Source of the DNA: Candidatus Saccharimonadota bacterium
GTDB lineage: Bacteria > Pseudomonadota > Gammaproteobacteria > Enterobacterales > Enterobacteriaceae
Assembly: GCF_014857065.1 (NCBI RefSeq)
Contig: NZ_CP046533.1
Coordinates: 150,001 to 182,000, forward strand
Direction: 5' to 3'
DNA: 32,000 nucleotides
Shown here: piece after piece, positions 17,259-29,318 of the stretch
Layout: each line of letters opens with the position of its first letter
How positions within the stretch are numbered: position 1 is the stretch's first letter
Made by a program: the position numbers and the translations under genes
The notes under the pieces: generated by a model
What the model was told of the DNA's origin: nothing
The model's input: the letters and a program-made list of their open reading frames with translations, nothing else
The model's database searches: none

Positions 17259-18710
17259 TTAAGACGTGCCACCTACTGTAATTTTATCTAATTTTAATGT
17301 GGGCTGACCTACTCCAACAGGTATACTTTGTCCATTTTTAATACATATTCCCACGCCATTATCTAACGATAAATTATCACCCACCATAGAAATTTGTTGC
17401 ATGATTTCTAAGCCTGAACCAATCAATGTAACTCCTTTAATAGGTTTAGTAATATTACCTTTTTCAATTAAATATGCTTCTAATGCTGAAAATACAAATT
17501 TACCTGATGTAATATCTACTTGTCCGCCACCAAAATTTGAGGCATAAATTCCATAATCAACACTAGAAATTATCTCTTCTGAAGTATTATTTCCAGATAA
17601 CAAATAAGTATTAGTCATTCGTGGCATAGGTAGATATGCATAAGACTCACGTCTTCCATTACCCGTAGGAGATACGCCCATCAACTTAGCATTTAATTTA
17701 TCTTGCATGTAATTTTTAAGAATGCCATTCTCAATTAATACATTACGTCTACTTGGAACTCCTTCATCATCTATAGATAAGGAGCCTCGCAAATTCATCA
17801 AAGTACCATCATCTATCACGGTACAACAAGAAGCGGCAACTTGTTCGCCTATTTTGTCACTAAAAATCGAACTATGACGACGATTGAAATCCCCTTCCAA
17901 ACCATGACCTACTGCTTCATGAAGCAAAATTCCTGGCCAACCAGGTCCTAAAACCACAGGCATGCTCCCAGCTGGGGCTTCTACAGCAAAAAGGTTAACA
18001 AGCGCAACACGCACAGCTTCTTTACTCCAATAATCTATACGTAATTCATTCATATAAGGTTCTAAAAAAAAATTATATCCATATCGTCCTCCGCCACCAC
18101 TTAATCCTTGTTCGTACCTACCATCTTGTTCTACTTGAACATTAATAAACAAACGTACTAGAGGTCTAATATCCGATGCTAAAGTACCATCTGTTGCCGC
18201 TACTAAAACTTGTTCATAAGAACCAGATAAACTAGCGGTAACTTCCTGCACTCTTCTATCCATATTACGAGCAACTTTATTTATTCTCATCAATAATGCT
18301 ATCTTATCGTCCTTAGACAAACTAAGTAACGGGTTCAATTGCTCGTACCTCAACTTATGTTGAACGGAAGAAAATTTTAAACAAAAACGAGGCACTGTTG
18401 TTTTGTGATTAATAATACTACGGGCTATTATAGCACTTTTCATTAACCCATCTAAGGTCAATTGATCGGTGTATGCAAAACCAGTTTTATCTTCTTTTAT
18501 TACTCTTACACCAACGCCTTGATTAAAATTATAAGATCCACCTTTAATAATACTATTTTCCATAGTCCATGATTCATAATAATTTGATTGAAAATAAAGA
18601 TCAGCATAACTTAGAGGATATTTAGATATCATTTCTAATACAGAAAGCAGATCAGAATATTGCAAATCATTTGTAGAAAGTAATTCTTCACTTACAGATA
18701 TCAAACTCAT
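17259..18710 (-). CDS. tldD: Metalloprotease TldD
   Basis: I place the start at the ATG at 18710 ([11 protein letters not shown], against recalled E. coli MSLNLVSEQLL). The 13-codon upstream extension in the track is probably spurious. The HExxxH-type motif [10 protein letters not shown] and the blocks YADLYFQS and [16 protein letters not shown] are present. Confidence 0.94.
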   Translation of the reverse strand: MSLISVSEELLSTNDLQYSDLLSVLEMISKYPLSYADLYFQSNYYESWTMENSIIKGGSYNFNQGVGVRVIKEDKTGFAYTDQLTLDGLMKSAIIARSIINHKTTVPRFCLKFSSVQHKLRYEQLNPLLSLSKDDKIALLMRINKVARNMDRRVQEVTASLSGSYEQVLVAATDGTLASDIRPLVRLFINVQVEQDGRYEQGLSGGGGRYGYNFFLEPYMNELRIDYWSKEAVRVALVNLFAVEAPAGSMPVVLGPGWPGILLHEAVGHGLEGDFNRRHSSIFSDKIGEQVAASCCTVIDDGTLMNLRGSLSIDDEGVPSRRNVLIENGILKNYMQDKLNAKLMGVSPTGNGRRESYAYLPMPRMTNTYLLSGNNTSEEIISSVDYGIYASNFGGGQVDITSGKFVFSALEAYLIEKGNITKPIKGVTLIGSGLEIMQQISMVGDNLSLDNGVGICIKNGQSIPVGVGQPTLKLDKITVGGTS

Positions 18711-18877
18711 ATAATTCTCGCTTGTTCTAAAGAAATAAACACACAACAAAAAAATGAAATCATTTTGTTTACAATCAACTTATCTAGCATATTGTAACAT
18801 AATCAATTCCAAACAGTTTAAGTTAATTTAATTATATTGCAATACGACTGAGTATATGAGATCAATTTAATATATTA

Positions 18878-20248
18878 CTAAACTTTTGAAAAAATATTTA
18901 ATTTTCTATCTAAATAACGTATATTGATATTTTCACCTTTTCTAAATTCATCATCATCCATAATTTTGAGATGTAATTCTATATTAGTTTGAATACCATC
19001 AATAATTAATTCATTTAATGCATTTTTCATGCGAGAGATAGCTATATCACGTGTTGCTCCAAAACAAATTAACTTACCAATGATAGAATCATAATACGAA
19101 GGAACAGAATAACCGCTATAAATATGAGATTCCCAACGAACACCAAAACCGCCTGGAGCATGAAAACGAGTAATTATTCCCGGGCTAGGTAAAAAAGTAA
19201 TAGGATTTTCCGCATTAATTCTACATTCTATTGCATGACCATATATCTTTATTTCACTTTGCGTAAAATTTAATAAACAACCAGATGCTATATTTAATTG
19301 TTCCTTAATCAGATCTATTCCAGTAATCATTTCAGTGACAGGATGTTCTACCTGAATTCTAGTATTCATTTCTATAAAAAAAAACTCATTATTTTCAAAT
19401 AAAAATTCAAAAGTACCAACTCCACGATAACCTATATCAAAACAAGCCTTAGCACAAAGTTCACCAATAAAACGACGCATTGCATTTGTAATACCAAATG
19501 CTGGAGCTTCTTCAATTAATTTTTGATAACGTCTCTGTATAGAACAATCACGTTCTCCTAAGTATACCACATTTCCTCGACCATCAGACAAAACCTGTAT
19601 TTCAATATGACGAGGATTAACTAAATATTTTTCTACATAAATATCATCATTGTGAAACGCAATTTTTGCTTCTGCACGAGCCATAGAGATAGTTTTTTTT
19701 AATTCATCATTATTAAAGACAACCCGCATACCACGGCCTCCACTACCTCCAGAAGATTTAATTATCAATGGATAATCTAACTTTTGACATATAAAATTAC
19801 AATCATATTTTCCATTTACACTATTCAACATAGGGCCATAATAACCAGGAATACATGGAATATCTGATTTCTTCATTAAGTTAATAGCGGATATTTTATT
19901 AGCCATTAAACGGATAGTAGCTGCATCAGGACCAATAAAAACAAAACCAGATTTTTCAACTTGTTCAGCAAAATCAGCATTTTCTGATAAAAAACCATAA
20001 CCAGGATGTATGGCAGATGAACCAGTAATTTCTGCAGCAGAAATAATTGCGGGAATATTCAAATAACTTTTCAACAAAGATGGTGGACCAATACAAACAG
20101 TTTCATCTGATAGTAAAACATGTTTCAAATTGCGATCTATTGTAGAGTGAACAGCTACAGTTTTAATACCCAACTCTTTACATGTACGTAAAACACGTAA
20201 AGCGATCTCACCCCTATTTGCAATAACAATTTTATCAAATGGTCGCAT
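18878..20248 (-). CDS. accC: Biotin carboxylase subunit of acetyl-CoA carboxylase
   Basis: I place the start at the ATG at 20248, which shares its A with the accB TGA stop (TGATG). The track's first codon, at 20251, is [33 protein letters not shown], the ATP-grasp glycine loop [11 protein letters not shown] and [14 protein letters not shown] are present. Confidence 0.96.
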   Translation of the reverse strand: MRPFDKIVIANRGEIALRVLRTCKELGIKTVAVHSTIDRNLKHVLLSDETVCIGPPSLLKSYLNIPAIISAAEITGSSAIHPGYGFLSENADFAEQVEKSGFVFIGPDAATIRLMANKISAINLMKKSDIPCIPGYYGPMLNSVNGKYDCNFICQKLDYPLIIKSSGGSGGRGMRVVFNNDELKKTISMARAEAKIAFHNDDIYVEKYLVNPRHIEIQVLSDGRGNVVYLGERDCSIQRRYQKLIEEAPAFGITNAMRRFIGELCAKACFDIGYRGVGTFEFLFENNEFFFIEMNTRIQVEHPVTEMITGIDLIKEQLNIASGCLLNFTQSEIKIYGHAIECRINAENPITFLPSPGIITRFHAPGGFGVRWESHIYSGYSVPSYYDSIIGKLICFGATRDIAISRMKNALNELIIDGIQTNIELHLKIMDDDEFRKGENINIRYLDRKLNIFSKV

Positions 20249-20712
20249 CAAGATTGTTCAATAATAATTAATGGTTCATCAAACTCAACTGGTTGACCAT
20301 TATCCAACAAAATTTTTTTAATTATACCTGCAGTATCAGATACAATATGATTCATCATTTTCATAGCTTCTACAATACATAAAACATCACCTATATTTAC
20401 CTTCTGACCAATAGAAATAAATGGTTTCGCACTAGGATCTGAAGCAAGATAAAATATACCCACCATAGGCGAACGAACAAAATAATCATTATTTATTTTA
20501 TTAACATTTTTTATGTTAGTATCATTTTCAGAAAAATTTTTTGAAATTTGTTCTTTTGCAAAAGTAATACATGATTGTCCATTAGTATTTAAAGAAGACT
20601 CGACCATTGCACGTTTAATACGAATCATTTTCTTTCCTTCGGAAATTTCTAATTCAGTAATATCGGATTTTTCAACAATTTTAATTAACTTTTTTACTTC
20701 ACGAATATTCAT
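20248..20712 (-). CDS. accB: Biotin carboxyl carrier protein of acetyl-CoA carboxylase
   Basis: The gene has an ATG start and encodes 154 aa. The biotinylation motif EAMKMMN and the N-terminal [24 protein letters not shown] are typical of BCCP. It is translationally coupled to accC. Confidence 0.95.
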   Translation of the reverse strand: MNIREVKKLIKIVEKSDITELEISEGKKMIRIKRAMVESSLNTNGQSCITFAKEQISKNFSENDTNIKNVNKINNDYFVRSPMVGIFYLASDPSAKPFISIGQKVNIGDVLCIVEAMKMMNHIVSDTAGIIKKILLDNGQPVEFDEPLIIIEQS

Positions 20713-20733
20713 TATATTATTTCCAAATTTAGT

Positions 20734-21186
20734 TCAATCAGATATGGACAAATATTCATTTGCCATTTTAATAGCAAAAAAATATCCTTTTATACCAAAT
20801 CCACAAATTACACCTACAGCAATATCAGAAAAATAAGAATTATGACGAAATGATTCTCGTGTATATATATTAGATAAATGCACCTCAATAAAAGGAATAG
20901 ATATTGCCAATAACGCATCACGCATCGCTATACTAGTATGAGTGAAAGCTGCTGGATTTATTATGATAAAATCAGTATGATTGTATGTTTCGTGCATTTG
21001 ATTAATCAATTCATGTTCTGCATTTGATTGGAAATGAACCAAGGATATGTCTAACGAATTAGATAAAGCTGTTAAATTCTTTACTAAATTGATTAATGTT
21101 ACATTACCATATATATGCGACTCTCGACTACCAAGTAAATTTAAATTTGGACCGTTAAGAAGTAAAATTCGAAATTTTTTACCCAT
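20734..21186 (-). CDS. aroQ: 3-dehydroquinate dehydratase, type II
   Basis: The gene has an ATG start and encodes 150 aa, with [33 protein letters not shown] and EVHLSNI..RE. The aroQ-accB-accC arrangement is common in gammaproteobacteria. E. coli K-12 itself uses type I aroD. Confidence 0.94.
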   Translation of the reverse strand: MGKKFRILLLNGPNLNLLGSRESHIYGNVTLINLVKNLTALSNSLDISLVHFQSNAEHELINQMHETYNHTDFIIINPAAFTHTSIAMRDALLAISIPFIEVHLSNIYTRESFRHNSYFSDIAVGVICGFGIKGYFFAIKMANEYLSISD

Positions 21187-21941
21187 TATTCTCCATACTT
21201 TTAACCTGAAACAATAAAAAATATCTAAAACACATTGTAAGTAAAGCTATGATCATTGTTTTAAAGCAAATAACATTTCAAAAAACAAGAAATCTAAACA
21301 ATATACATAACACAATCTTCATGACTATTTTATTAAGTAAATTTATAAAAAACCAAATACATTACCACGGTTACTAATTAAATCCTATTTATAAAAAAAC
21401 AAAAAATACATAAAAAATCAACTGACATGCAAGATACGTCAACATATTTCATTTACTGTCTTAACTAATAGGTAAGAATTAGCATTGTATCACAAAATAT
21501 CTGTCTTATATATCATAAATTATTACCCGATCAAGATATAAGTATCAAAATTTATATTAAAGCAATAACTGTAAGAAAGTATAAATTCCAACTAATATAC
21601 AATCTACCTCTATAACTAAAAAAAAAGAAATATTTTAATCACTTACACATAAGTTTAGTAATAGCAGAATTAAGTATTAAGTTTAAACTTAAAAACATCA
21701 AAACTAAATAATAAAAAATAAGCTAAACAGTCTAATATCACTTAGTTATCTTAATTTCAAAAATATACCATGTATGATAGGATAATTTATACTTTAAAGA
21801 AATGCATTTAAAAAAGGTATAATTCACTATCTTACTTATATTTGAATTAAGTTAATTAAAATAAAATTTACTAATCTTAAAAAAATAAATCCTAATAAAA
21901 TAGATTTTATCAATACATTTTATAAAAGGAGGATATTATAA

Positions 21942-22988
<1,047 letters not shown>

Positions 22989-23032
22989 TCATCTAAAATA
23001 AATATAAATTAAAAAACAAAAACTAAATATGA

Positions 23033-23869
23033 ATGTTTAATAGAAAATTGAAATTTAATAAATCAAATATTTTACAAATTAAATTTTTCTTTATGCTGAT
23101 GTTGGCTGCTTTTTTAATGATTGCTGACTTTAAATTGAATGTATTCATCAAAATGCGAAACTATGGTGATATGACTATCAGCACATTATACTTTGCAAAG
23201 TATCATTTACTTCAAATATTTAAAAAAGCAGTAATTTTTATAAAGGAAAAACAACAATTAGCATTAGAGAACCATATTTTACGCACAAATTTACTATTAA
23301 AGAATAGTGATCTTCTTCTAATGGAAAATTATAAACAAGAAAATAAAAGATTACATGAATTGCTTGCTTCACCTTTATGTCATAAACAAACATGCAAAAT
23401 GGTAACTAAGGTCATTGGTGTTAATGTAGATCCTCATAGAAATCAAATTATAATTGATAAAGGTATAAAAGATAATGTTTACATAGGACAACCAATAATC
23501 AATGACAAAGGAATAATTGGTCAAGTAATTTCTATCAATAAAATCAGTAGCAAGGTAATGTTAATTTGTGATACATCACATGCGATACCAATTAAAATTA
23601 TGCGTAATAACATTCGTTTAATAGCCGTAGGTAACGGTCTTAACAAAGATCTAAAATTAGAATTTTTCCCAGGATACGTTGATATACAAATTGGAGATTT
23701 ACTGGTAACTTCTGGACTAGGAGGTCATTTTCCAGAAGGTTATCCAGTAGCTAAAGTAACATTAATTAAAAAGGATAAAAGAGGATTATTTACGATAGCA
23801 CAAGCACGTCCTTTATCTAAATTGCAACATCTAAGTGATTTAATATTAATTTGGCATGATGCGAATTAA
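23033..23869 (+). CDS. mreC: Rod-shape-determining protein MreC (lacks the Pro/Ala-rich C-terminal tail of E. coli MreC)
   Basis: The gene has an ATG start and encodes 278 aa, with an N-terminal TM segment and a coiled-coil LENHILRTNLLLKNSDLLLMENYKQENKRLHELL (recalled E. coli LENRALRQELLLKNSELLMLGQYKQENARLRELL). GDLLVTSGLGGHFPEGYPVA is also present. Confidence 0.93.
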   Translation: MFNRKLKFNKSNILQIKFFFMLMLAAFLMIADFKLNVFIKMRNYGDMTISTLYFAKYHLLQIFKKAVIFIKEKQQLALENHILRTNLLLKNSDLLLMENYKQENKRLHELLASPLCHKQTCKMVTKVIGVNVDPHRNQIIIDKGIKDNVYIGQPIINDKGIIGQVISINKISSKVMLICDTSHAIPIKIMRNNIRLIAVGNGLNKDLKLEFFPGYVDIQIGDLLVTSGLGGHFPEGYPVAKVTLIKKDKRGLFTIAQARPLSKLQHLSDLILIWHDAN

Positions 23870-24022
23870 TAACAAAAATAAATAAGAATTTAAATAAATA
23901 AATCAAATCATTACAGTTTTAAAATAAATATAGATATACTAAATGATTAATTATCATCCGATACATTCATGTAAATTGGTCACATTTTACAAATATTATT
24001 ACAATAAATAAAAAGATAAATT

Positions 24023-24517
24023 ATGAATAATATTAAACAACATAGTATACTATTCATTTATTGTTCTTTTTTCATAGCCTTATTCTTACAAACTATATCC
24101 TGGCCGTTATATTTGCAATTATTTTGTCCATCTTGGATCAATCTTGTATTGGCTTATTGGACCTTAGTAATCCCAAAAACAATAAACATAGGTACCGGAT
24201 TTTTTTTAGGATTACTAATAGATTTAATCTTAGGTTCAACATTAGGAATACACTCATTGGCATTAAGTGTATTCTCTTATTTAGTAATATCTAGCTCACA
24301 ATCATCACAATATGAACCTATATATCAACAAATACTTATTATGAGTTTATTGTCATTGATAATCAAACTAATTGTAGTGATATTAGATATGCTAACAAAT
24401 AATATCTTGTTTCGCGTAGAGGTACTTTGGGGTAGTTTAGTAGATGGTTTATTATGGCCTTATTTATCTTTTACAATCAAGAACCTTGAAATTTTATTAA
24501 TAAAAAAAAATAATTAA
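24023..24517 (+). CDS. mreD: Rod-shape-determining protein MreD
   Basis: The gene has an ATG start and encodes a 164-aa polytopic membrane protein directly after mreC. The size, hydrophobicity pattern and the G..LG...D...G..LG motif region fit MreD. Primary-sequence conservation is low, so the call leans on context. Confidence 0.8.
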   Translation: MNNIKQHSILFIYCSFFIALFLQTISWPLYLQLFCPSWINLVLAYWTLVIPKTINIGTGFFLGLLIDLILGSTLGIHSLALSVFSYLVISSSQSSQYEPIYQQILIMSLLSLIIKLIVVILDMLTNNILFRVEVLWGSLVDGLLWPYLSFTIKNLEILLIKKNN

Positions 24518-24762
24518 CAATTTATAAAATTTTAGTTACATCAACCTACAACTAAAATAGATATCTTATTCCTGAGGATATGATATAATCGATTGTACCG
24601 TCTCAAATAGTTACTATCAGCAATTTACATAGTCAAAACCAGAGTAATATGAGAATTCTACAATTTTTTATGAACCAAACGTTTGATTAAATAACGAAAT
24701 CCTTTTTATCTAGTGCTGTACAACATAGACCTATGTTGTATCATTAACATTTAAAAAATAAA

Positions 24763-26493
24763 ATGAAAACAAGCAAATATTTTTTATCAACACTCAAAAA
24801 AGATCCCAAAAAAATTGAAGTTAAAAGTCATCAATTAATGCTGAAAGCAGGTATGATATGTCAATTATCATCAGGACTTTATAGTTGGTTGCCAACGGGG
24901 TTTCGAGTTTTACAAAAAATAAAAAATATTATACGTAAAGAAATGAATAAAATTGGAGCATTAGAAATTGCTATGCCATTAGTACAACCAGCAATACTAT
25001 GGAAAAAAAGTAACCGTTGGAAAAAATACGGCTCCGAACTGTTGAGATTCATAAATAGAAATTCAAAATCTTTCGTATTAGGACCAACACATGAAGAAGT
25101 AATCACAAATTTAATTAATAATCAAATTCATTCATACAAAGAATTACCATTAAATTTATACCAAATAACAACTAAATTTCGTGATGAAGTGCGACCATGC
25201 TACGGCACAATACGCACTAGAGAATTTGTTATGAAAGACGGTTATTCATTTCATTATACACAAGAATCATTAAAAGAAACTTACGAAATGATGTATCAAA
25301 CCTACAGTAAAATTTTTACTCAAATGGGATTAAAATTTCTTATCACAGAAGCAGATAACGGAGCTATCGGTGGACATTTATCACATGAGTTTCAAGTTAT
25401 AATTAAAAACAATAAAAATTATAGTATACAATCCGAAAAAATTAGTTGTAATGATATAAATAGAAATTTAAGTGCTTATATTGCTAAGTCATCAGATGTA
25501 CCGATACCTTACAAGGAGGAAATGAAAGCTGTATTTATATCTAACTCTCAAAGTATCGATGATTTAATGAAAGATTTAAATTTACCTGTCACGAAAACTA
25601 CAAAAACTGTAATTGTTCATGCAAAAAAAAACATGGACCATTCTCTAATAGCTCTAATGATAAGAGGTGATCATCAACTTGATAACATAAAAGCAGAAAA
25701 ATTATCTCAAGTCGCTGTTCCTTTATCCTTTGCTAATGAACAAGAAATTCGTTCTGTTATTGGTGCTAGCCTAAAATTTTTAGGACCAATCAATATGCCT
25801 TTACCATTAATTGTAGATCAAAAGGTAGCCTCTATGAACAATTTTATTACTGGGGCTAACATAGATAATAAATATTTTTTTGGAGTTAATTGGAACAAAG
25901 ATTTACCTATACCTCAAATAGAAGACTTGCGAAAAATCACATTCGAAAAAAAACAACCTAAACAACAAAAATCTCCACAAATTAGAAACAACATTGAAAT
26001 AGCTCATATTTTTCAATTAGGAACTAAATATTCAAATATAATAAAAATCAAAGATAAAAATAACCGTCTTCTAGATATAACAATGGGATGTTACGGCATA
26101 GGCATAGCTCGTATTATAGCAGCTCACATAGAACAAAATCATGATAAACATGGTATATTATGGCCAGATATATTAGCGCCATTTAATGTAGCAATACTAC
26201 CAATAAATTTACATAAATCTGCACAAGTTAATCAAGTGTCAGAAAAAATATATAACCAATTAGCTTTACTTAATATAGATGTTTTATTTGATGATCGCAA
26301 AGAACATATAGGAGTTATGTATAATGATATGGAATTAATCGGTGTGCCACATATAATAGTAATTAGCGATTCTACTTTAAGTACAAAAGAAACAGAATAT
26401 AAAAACAGAAAAAATGGAAAAAATAGAAGAATTAAAATTGATAAAATAGTGGATTATATAGTAAAAAAAATAAGATTTTTAAATATTCCTTAA
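24763..26493 (+). CDS. proS: Proline--tRNA ligase
   Basis: The gene has an ATG start and encodes 576 aa. It has class II aaRS motifs (motif 2 region FRDEVRPCYGTIRTREFVMKDGYSF, motif 3 region GCYGIGIARIIAA), the N-terminus MKTSKYFLSTLKK.P...E..SHQLMLKAGMI typical of bacterial ProRS, and a large insertion (editing) domain. Confidence 0.96.
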   Translation: MKTSKYFLSTLKKDPKKIEVKSHQLMLKAGMICQLSSGLYSWLPTGFRVLQKIKNIIRKEMNKIGALEIAMPLVQPAILWKKSNRWKKYGSELLRFINRNSKSFVLGPTHEEVITNLINNQIHSYKELPLNLYQITTKFRDEVRPCYGTIRTREFVMKDGYSFHYTQESLKETYEMMYQTYSKIFTQMGLKFLITEADNGAIGGHLSHEFQVIIKNNKNYSIQSEKISCNDINRNLSAYIAKSSDVPIPYKEEMKAVFISNSQSIDDLMKDLNLPVTKTTKTVIVHAKKNMDHSLIALMIRGDHQLDNIKAEKLSQVAVPLSFANEQEIRSVIGASLKFLGPINMPLPLIVDQKVASMNNFITGANIDNKYFFGVNWNKDLPIPQIEDLRKITFEKKQPKQQKSPQIRNNIEIAHIFQLGTKYSNIIKIKDKNNRLLDITMGCYGIGIARIIAAHIEQNHDKHGILWPDILAPFNVAILPINLHKSAQVNQVSEKIYNQLALLNIDVLFDDRKEHIGVMYNDMELIGVPHIIVISDSTLSTKETEYKNRKNGKNRRIKIDKIVDYIVKKIRFLNIP

Positions 26494-26640
26494 TCTTAAA
26501 TTTAACAAAATAATCAATAATTAAATAATTATTAATACTTTAATTAATATTTTAAATCAATAATAAAAAAATAAAATTTAGTAAAATGATAAAACAAATT
26601 GACTTTAAATAATAAAACTTCAAAAAAAATAGAATATTTT

Positions 26641-28176
26641 CTAAAATATACAAGAGTTATTTTGTAACCAAAATACTCTACGTTGTCTATTTTTAGTTCT
26701 TACTTTACCATCTCTAGTAATAAATACTCCAATAGCAGCTATCAATTTATTATCATAAAATAACAATGGTATACGGTTGCGTAACCATGGAGGAACATTA
26801 AATTCTTGCCAAAGTTTTTTCAAACTTCTTCCTCTATCTCTACCTATAATATACAAGAAGCCAAGAGATTGATGACCAAATTGTATGGAAACTTTTTCCT
26901 TAAAATAAGGTGAACGAACAATACTAAAAGCTGGTATGTTAATTGATCCTTCAAAATGAGAAGAACTACGATGAAATAAATAAACTGATTTTTGTTTAAA
27001 AGTAATAATTTTTTTAGTTAATAATGTAATATCCTTAAATAAATAAGAAACAAGAATACCTAGGTTATTAGGTAAAACAATAGGATAATCAAATGATGAC
27101 CAAAAAAACTTTAAAGAGGATTTCTTTATAATAGTCATAGTCTGCATAGGCAATACATATAACTGATCACGAAATCTTCTAATACAAAATCCATCACAAC
27201 ATAATATAGGATTAGCATCACAACGACTAAGTACTACCTCTTTCCACATGCAATCTAATTGATTATAAGAAGGTAATTTCTTAACTACATTATTATTAAA
27301 AGTTTTTAACCAACGTCGTAATAAAGCATGACGCATTTGTACACTAGTATTTATTAATAATTTAAATAATAACGTACCCTTGTCTGTAATTACACTGCAT
27401 AATCTTTTAATTAATAATTCATCTAATAAACTTTCTTGTTCTGCACATATACGAGCACTACGTGCAACTGTTTTACGGAATGATGGCCATCGCTCAACAA
27501 AAGAGGGTATAATACGAATACGTAAAAAATTTCGATCAAAACTAATTTTTTTATTACTATCATCCTCGATCCAAATTAATTGCTTATCACGAGCGTACAT
27601 TGCTAATTCCGAATGACTAAATGACAGTAAAGGACGCAACAACAATTTTTTACTATTAAATCCAACATTAAAAACAGTTAGCATCGACATAGATGACAGG
27701 CCAGTAGGACCACTTCCTCTTTTTAATGCAAGCAAAAAAGTCTCTACCTGATCATCTAAATGATGAGCGGTTAATAATACTTCCTGCATATTTAAATTGT
27801 TAAATAACGCACGATTTCTCAAACAACGAGCTGCTGACTCGATTCCACCAAATTTATTTTTGGCAATACTACAATCAATTCGTATTATGCTACAAGGTAT
27901 CCCGCGTTTTTTACATTGTCGTAAACAATGTTTAGCCCAAATATCAGAATAAGCACTAAGACCGTGGTGTATATGAATAACTCTAAAATTAAAAAAACAA
28001 TGAGAATTTACTAACTTTAGATTGTTATAATATAATTTAGTTAATATAGAAAGTAACACAGTAGAATCTAAACCGCCACTAAAAGCTAAAACTAATTTGG
28101 AATAATTAGCTATTTTGCTTGCTACACTAGCGTATAATTTTTTATAAAATAAACAATTCATAGAATTTAAAGACAT
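26641..28176 (-). CDS. tilS: tRNA(Ile)-lysidine synthase
   Basis: The gene has an ATG start and encodes 511 aa. The PP-loop motif LAFSGGLDSTVLL is present, along with HIHHGLS, TAHHLDDQVETFLLALKRGSG, WIEDDSN...FDRNFLR and the C-terminal KKLWQEFNVPPWLRNRIPLLFYDNKLIAAIGVF (recalled E. coli [33 protein letters not shown]). Confidence 0.93.
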   Translation of the reverse strand: MSLNSMNCLFYKKLYASVASKIANYSKLVLAFSGGLDSTVLLSILTKLYYNNLKLVNSHCFFNFRVIHIHHGLSAYSDIWAKHCLRQCKKRGIPCSIIRIDCSIAKNKFGGIESAARCLRNRALFNNLNMQEVLLTAHHLDDQVETFLLALKRGSGPTGLSSMSMLTVFNVGFNSKKLLLRPLLSFSHSELAMYARDKQLIWIEDDSNKKISFDRNFLRIRIIPSFVERWPSFRKTVARSARICAEQESLLDELLIKRLCSVITDKGTLLFKLLINTSVQMRHALLRRWLKTFNNNVVKKLPSYNQLDCMWKEVVLSRCDANPILCCDGFCIRRFRDQLYVLPMQTMTIIKKSSLKFFWSSFDYPIVLPNNLGILVSYLFKDITLLTKKIITFKQKSVYLFHRSSSHFEGSINIPAFSIVRSPYFKEKVSIQFGHQSLGFLYIIGRDRGRSLKKLWQEFNVPPWLRNRIPLLFYDNKLIAAIGVFITRDGKVRTKNRQRRVFWLQNNSCIF

Positions 28177-28348
28177 AAAATCTTTTGTTTATAATCAAAC
28201 ACACAAATATTAAAATTTAGATAAATCATATCAAATTTAAATTTAATTTGTTGTAATACATAAAGGTATGCAAATATAATAAAATAGCATCACTCAATTA
28301 GATACAAATAAATATTAATTATTTTCTTAAACATAAAATGTTAAAAAC

Positions 28349-29308
28349 TTAATTATACCCATATCTCATTAATCGGTGATAACGAAATTTAACTAAATCA
28401 TTTTTTTTAAATTTATCTAATTCAGCTAAATCTAATAATAACTGGTCTTTCAAAGATTTTGCGATAGCAGAATAATTCCTATGAGCCCCTCCTAACGGCT
28501 CGACAATTATATTATCAATCAGCTTAAGATCTTTTAATTTAGAAGCAATTATACCCATAACTTCAGCTGCAATAGAAGCTTTTTTAACATTTTTCCATAA
28601 AATAGCAGCACAACCCTCAGGAGAAATAACAGAATATACACTATATTCTAACATATTAATCCTATCCCCTACGCTAATAGCTAAAGCTCCTCCCGAACCA
28701 CCTTCGCCTATTACTGTACAAATTATTGGTATTTTTAAAACAGACATTTCACGCAAATTTTTAGCAATAGCTTCCGATTGACCACGTTCTTCTGCTCCCA
28801 CCCCTGGATAAGCTCCAGGGGTATCAATAAAAGTAATTAATGGTATTTGAAAACGTTCAGCCATTTTCATTAATCTTAAAGCTTTACGATAACCTTCAGG
28901 AGCAGGCATACCAAAATTACGACGAATTTTTTCTTTAGTTTCTCTACCTTTCTGATGACCTAAAATCATTACAGGACGAGAATCAAGACGACCTATACCC
29001 CCAACAATTGCCTTATCATCAGCAAATAGACGATCACCAAATAATTCATCAAAATCTGTAAAAATATAACCTATATAATCTAATGTATAAGGTCGTTGAG
29101 GATGTCTTGCAAGTTGAGTAATTTGCCAAGCGCTTAAGCTAGAAAATATTTTACGAGTTAATTCAGTACTTCTTTCACGTAACTTTTTTATATCTTCATC
29201 AAGACCAATAGATAATTCCTCATTTTGAAGACCTAATGTAAGTAAAGAATCAATTTTGGATTCTAATTCCATAATTGGTTGTTCAAAATCGAGAAAATTT
29301 AAATTCAT
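28349..29308 (-). CDS. accA: Acetyl-CoA carboxylase carboxyltransferase subunit alpha
   Basis: The gene has an ATG start and encodes 319 aa, with [52 protein letters not shown] and [10 protein letters not shown]. It lies downstream of dnaE, as in E. coli. Confidence 0.96.
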   Translation of the reverse strand: MNLNFLDFEQPIMELESKIDSLLTLGLQNEELSIGLDEDIKKLRERSTELTRKIFSSLSAWQITQLARHPQRPYTLDYIGYIFTDFDELFGDRLFADDKAIVGGIGRLDSRPVMILGHQKGRETKEKIRRNFGMPAPEGYRKALRLMKMAERFQIPLITFIDTPGAYPGVGAEERGQSEAIAKNLREMSVLKIPIICTVIGEGGSGGALAISVGDRINMLEYSVYSVISPEGCAAILWKNVKKASIAAEVMGIIASKLKDLKLIDNIIVEPLGGAHRNYSAIAKSLKDQLLLDLAELDKFKKNDLVKFRYHRLMRYGYN

Positions 29309-29318
29309 GCCAGCCCCA

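Noticed and set aside
20513-20836. 107-aa ORF on the plus strand spanning the accB 5' end and the aroQ 3' end
   Set aside because: It is antisense to two conserved genes and crosses their intergenic gap. It has no recognisable domain, so I treat it as a chance ORF.
24061-24294. 77-aa ORF in an alternative plus frame within mreD
   Set aside because: It overlaps mreD on the same strand. The mreD frame gives the longer, coherent polytopic membrane protein in the expected operon position.
24879-25106. 75-aa ORF antisense to proS
   Set aside because: It lies inside the conserved proS catalytic core on the opposite strand and has no homology.
27380-27616. 78-aa ORF antisense to tilS
   Set aside because: It lies inside tilS on the opposite strand and has no recognisable features.
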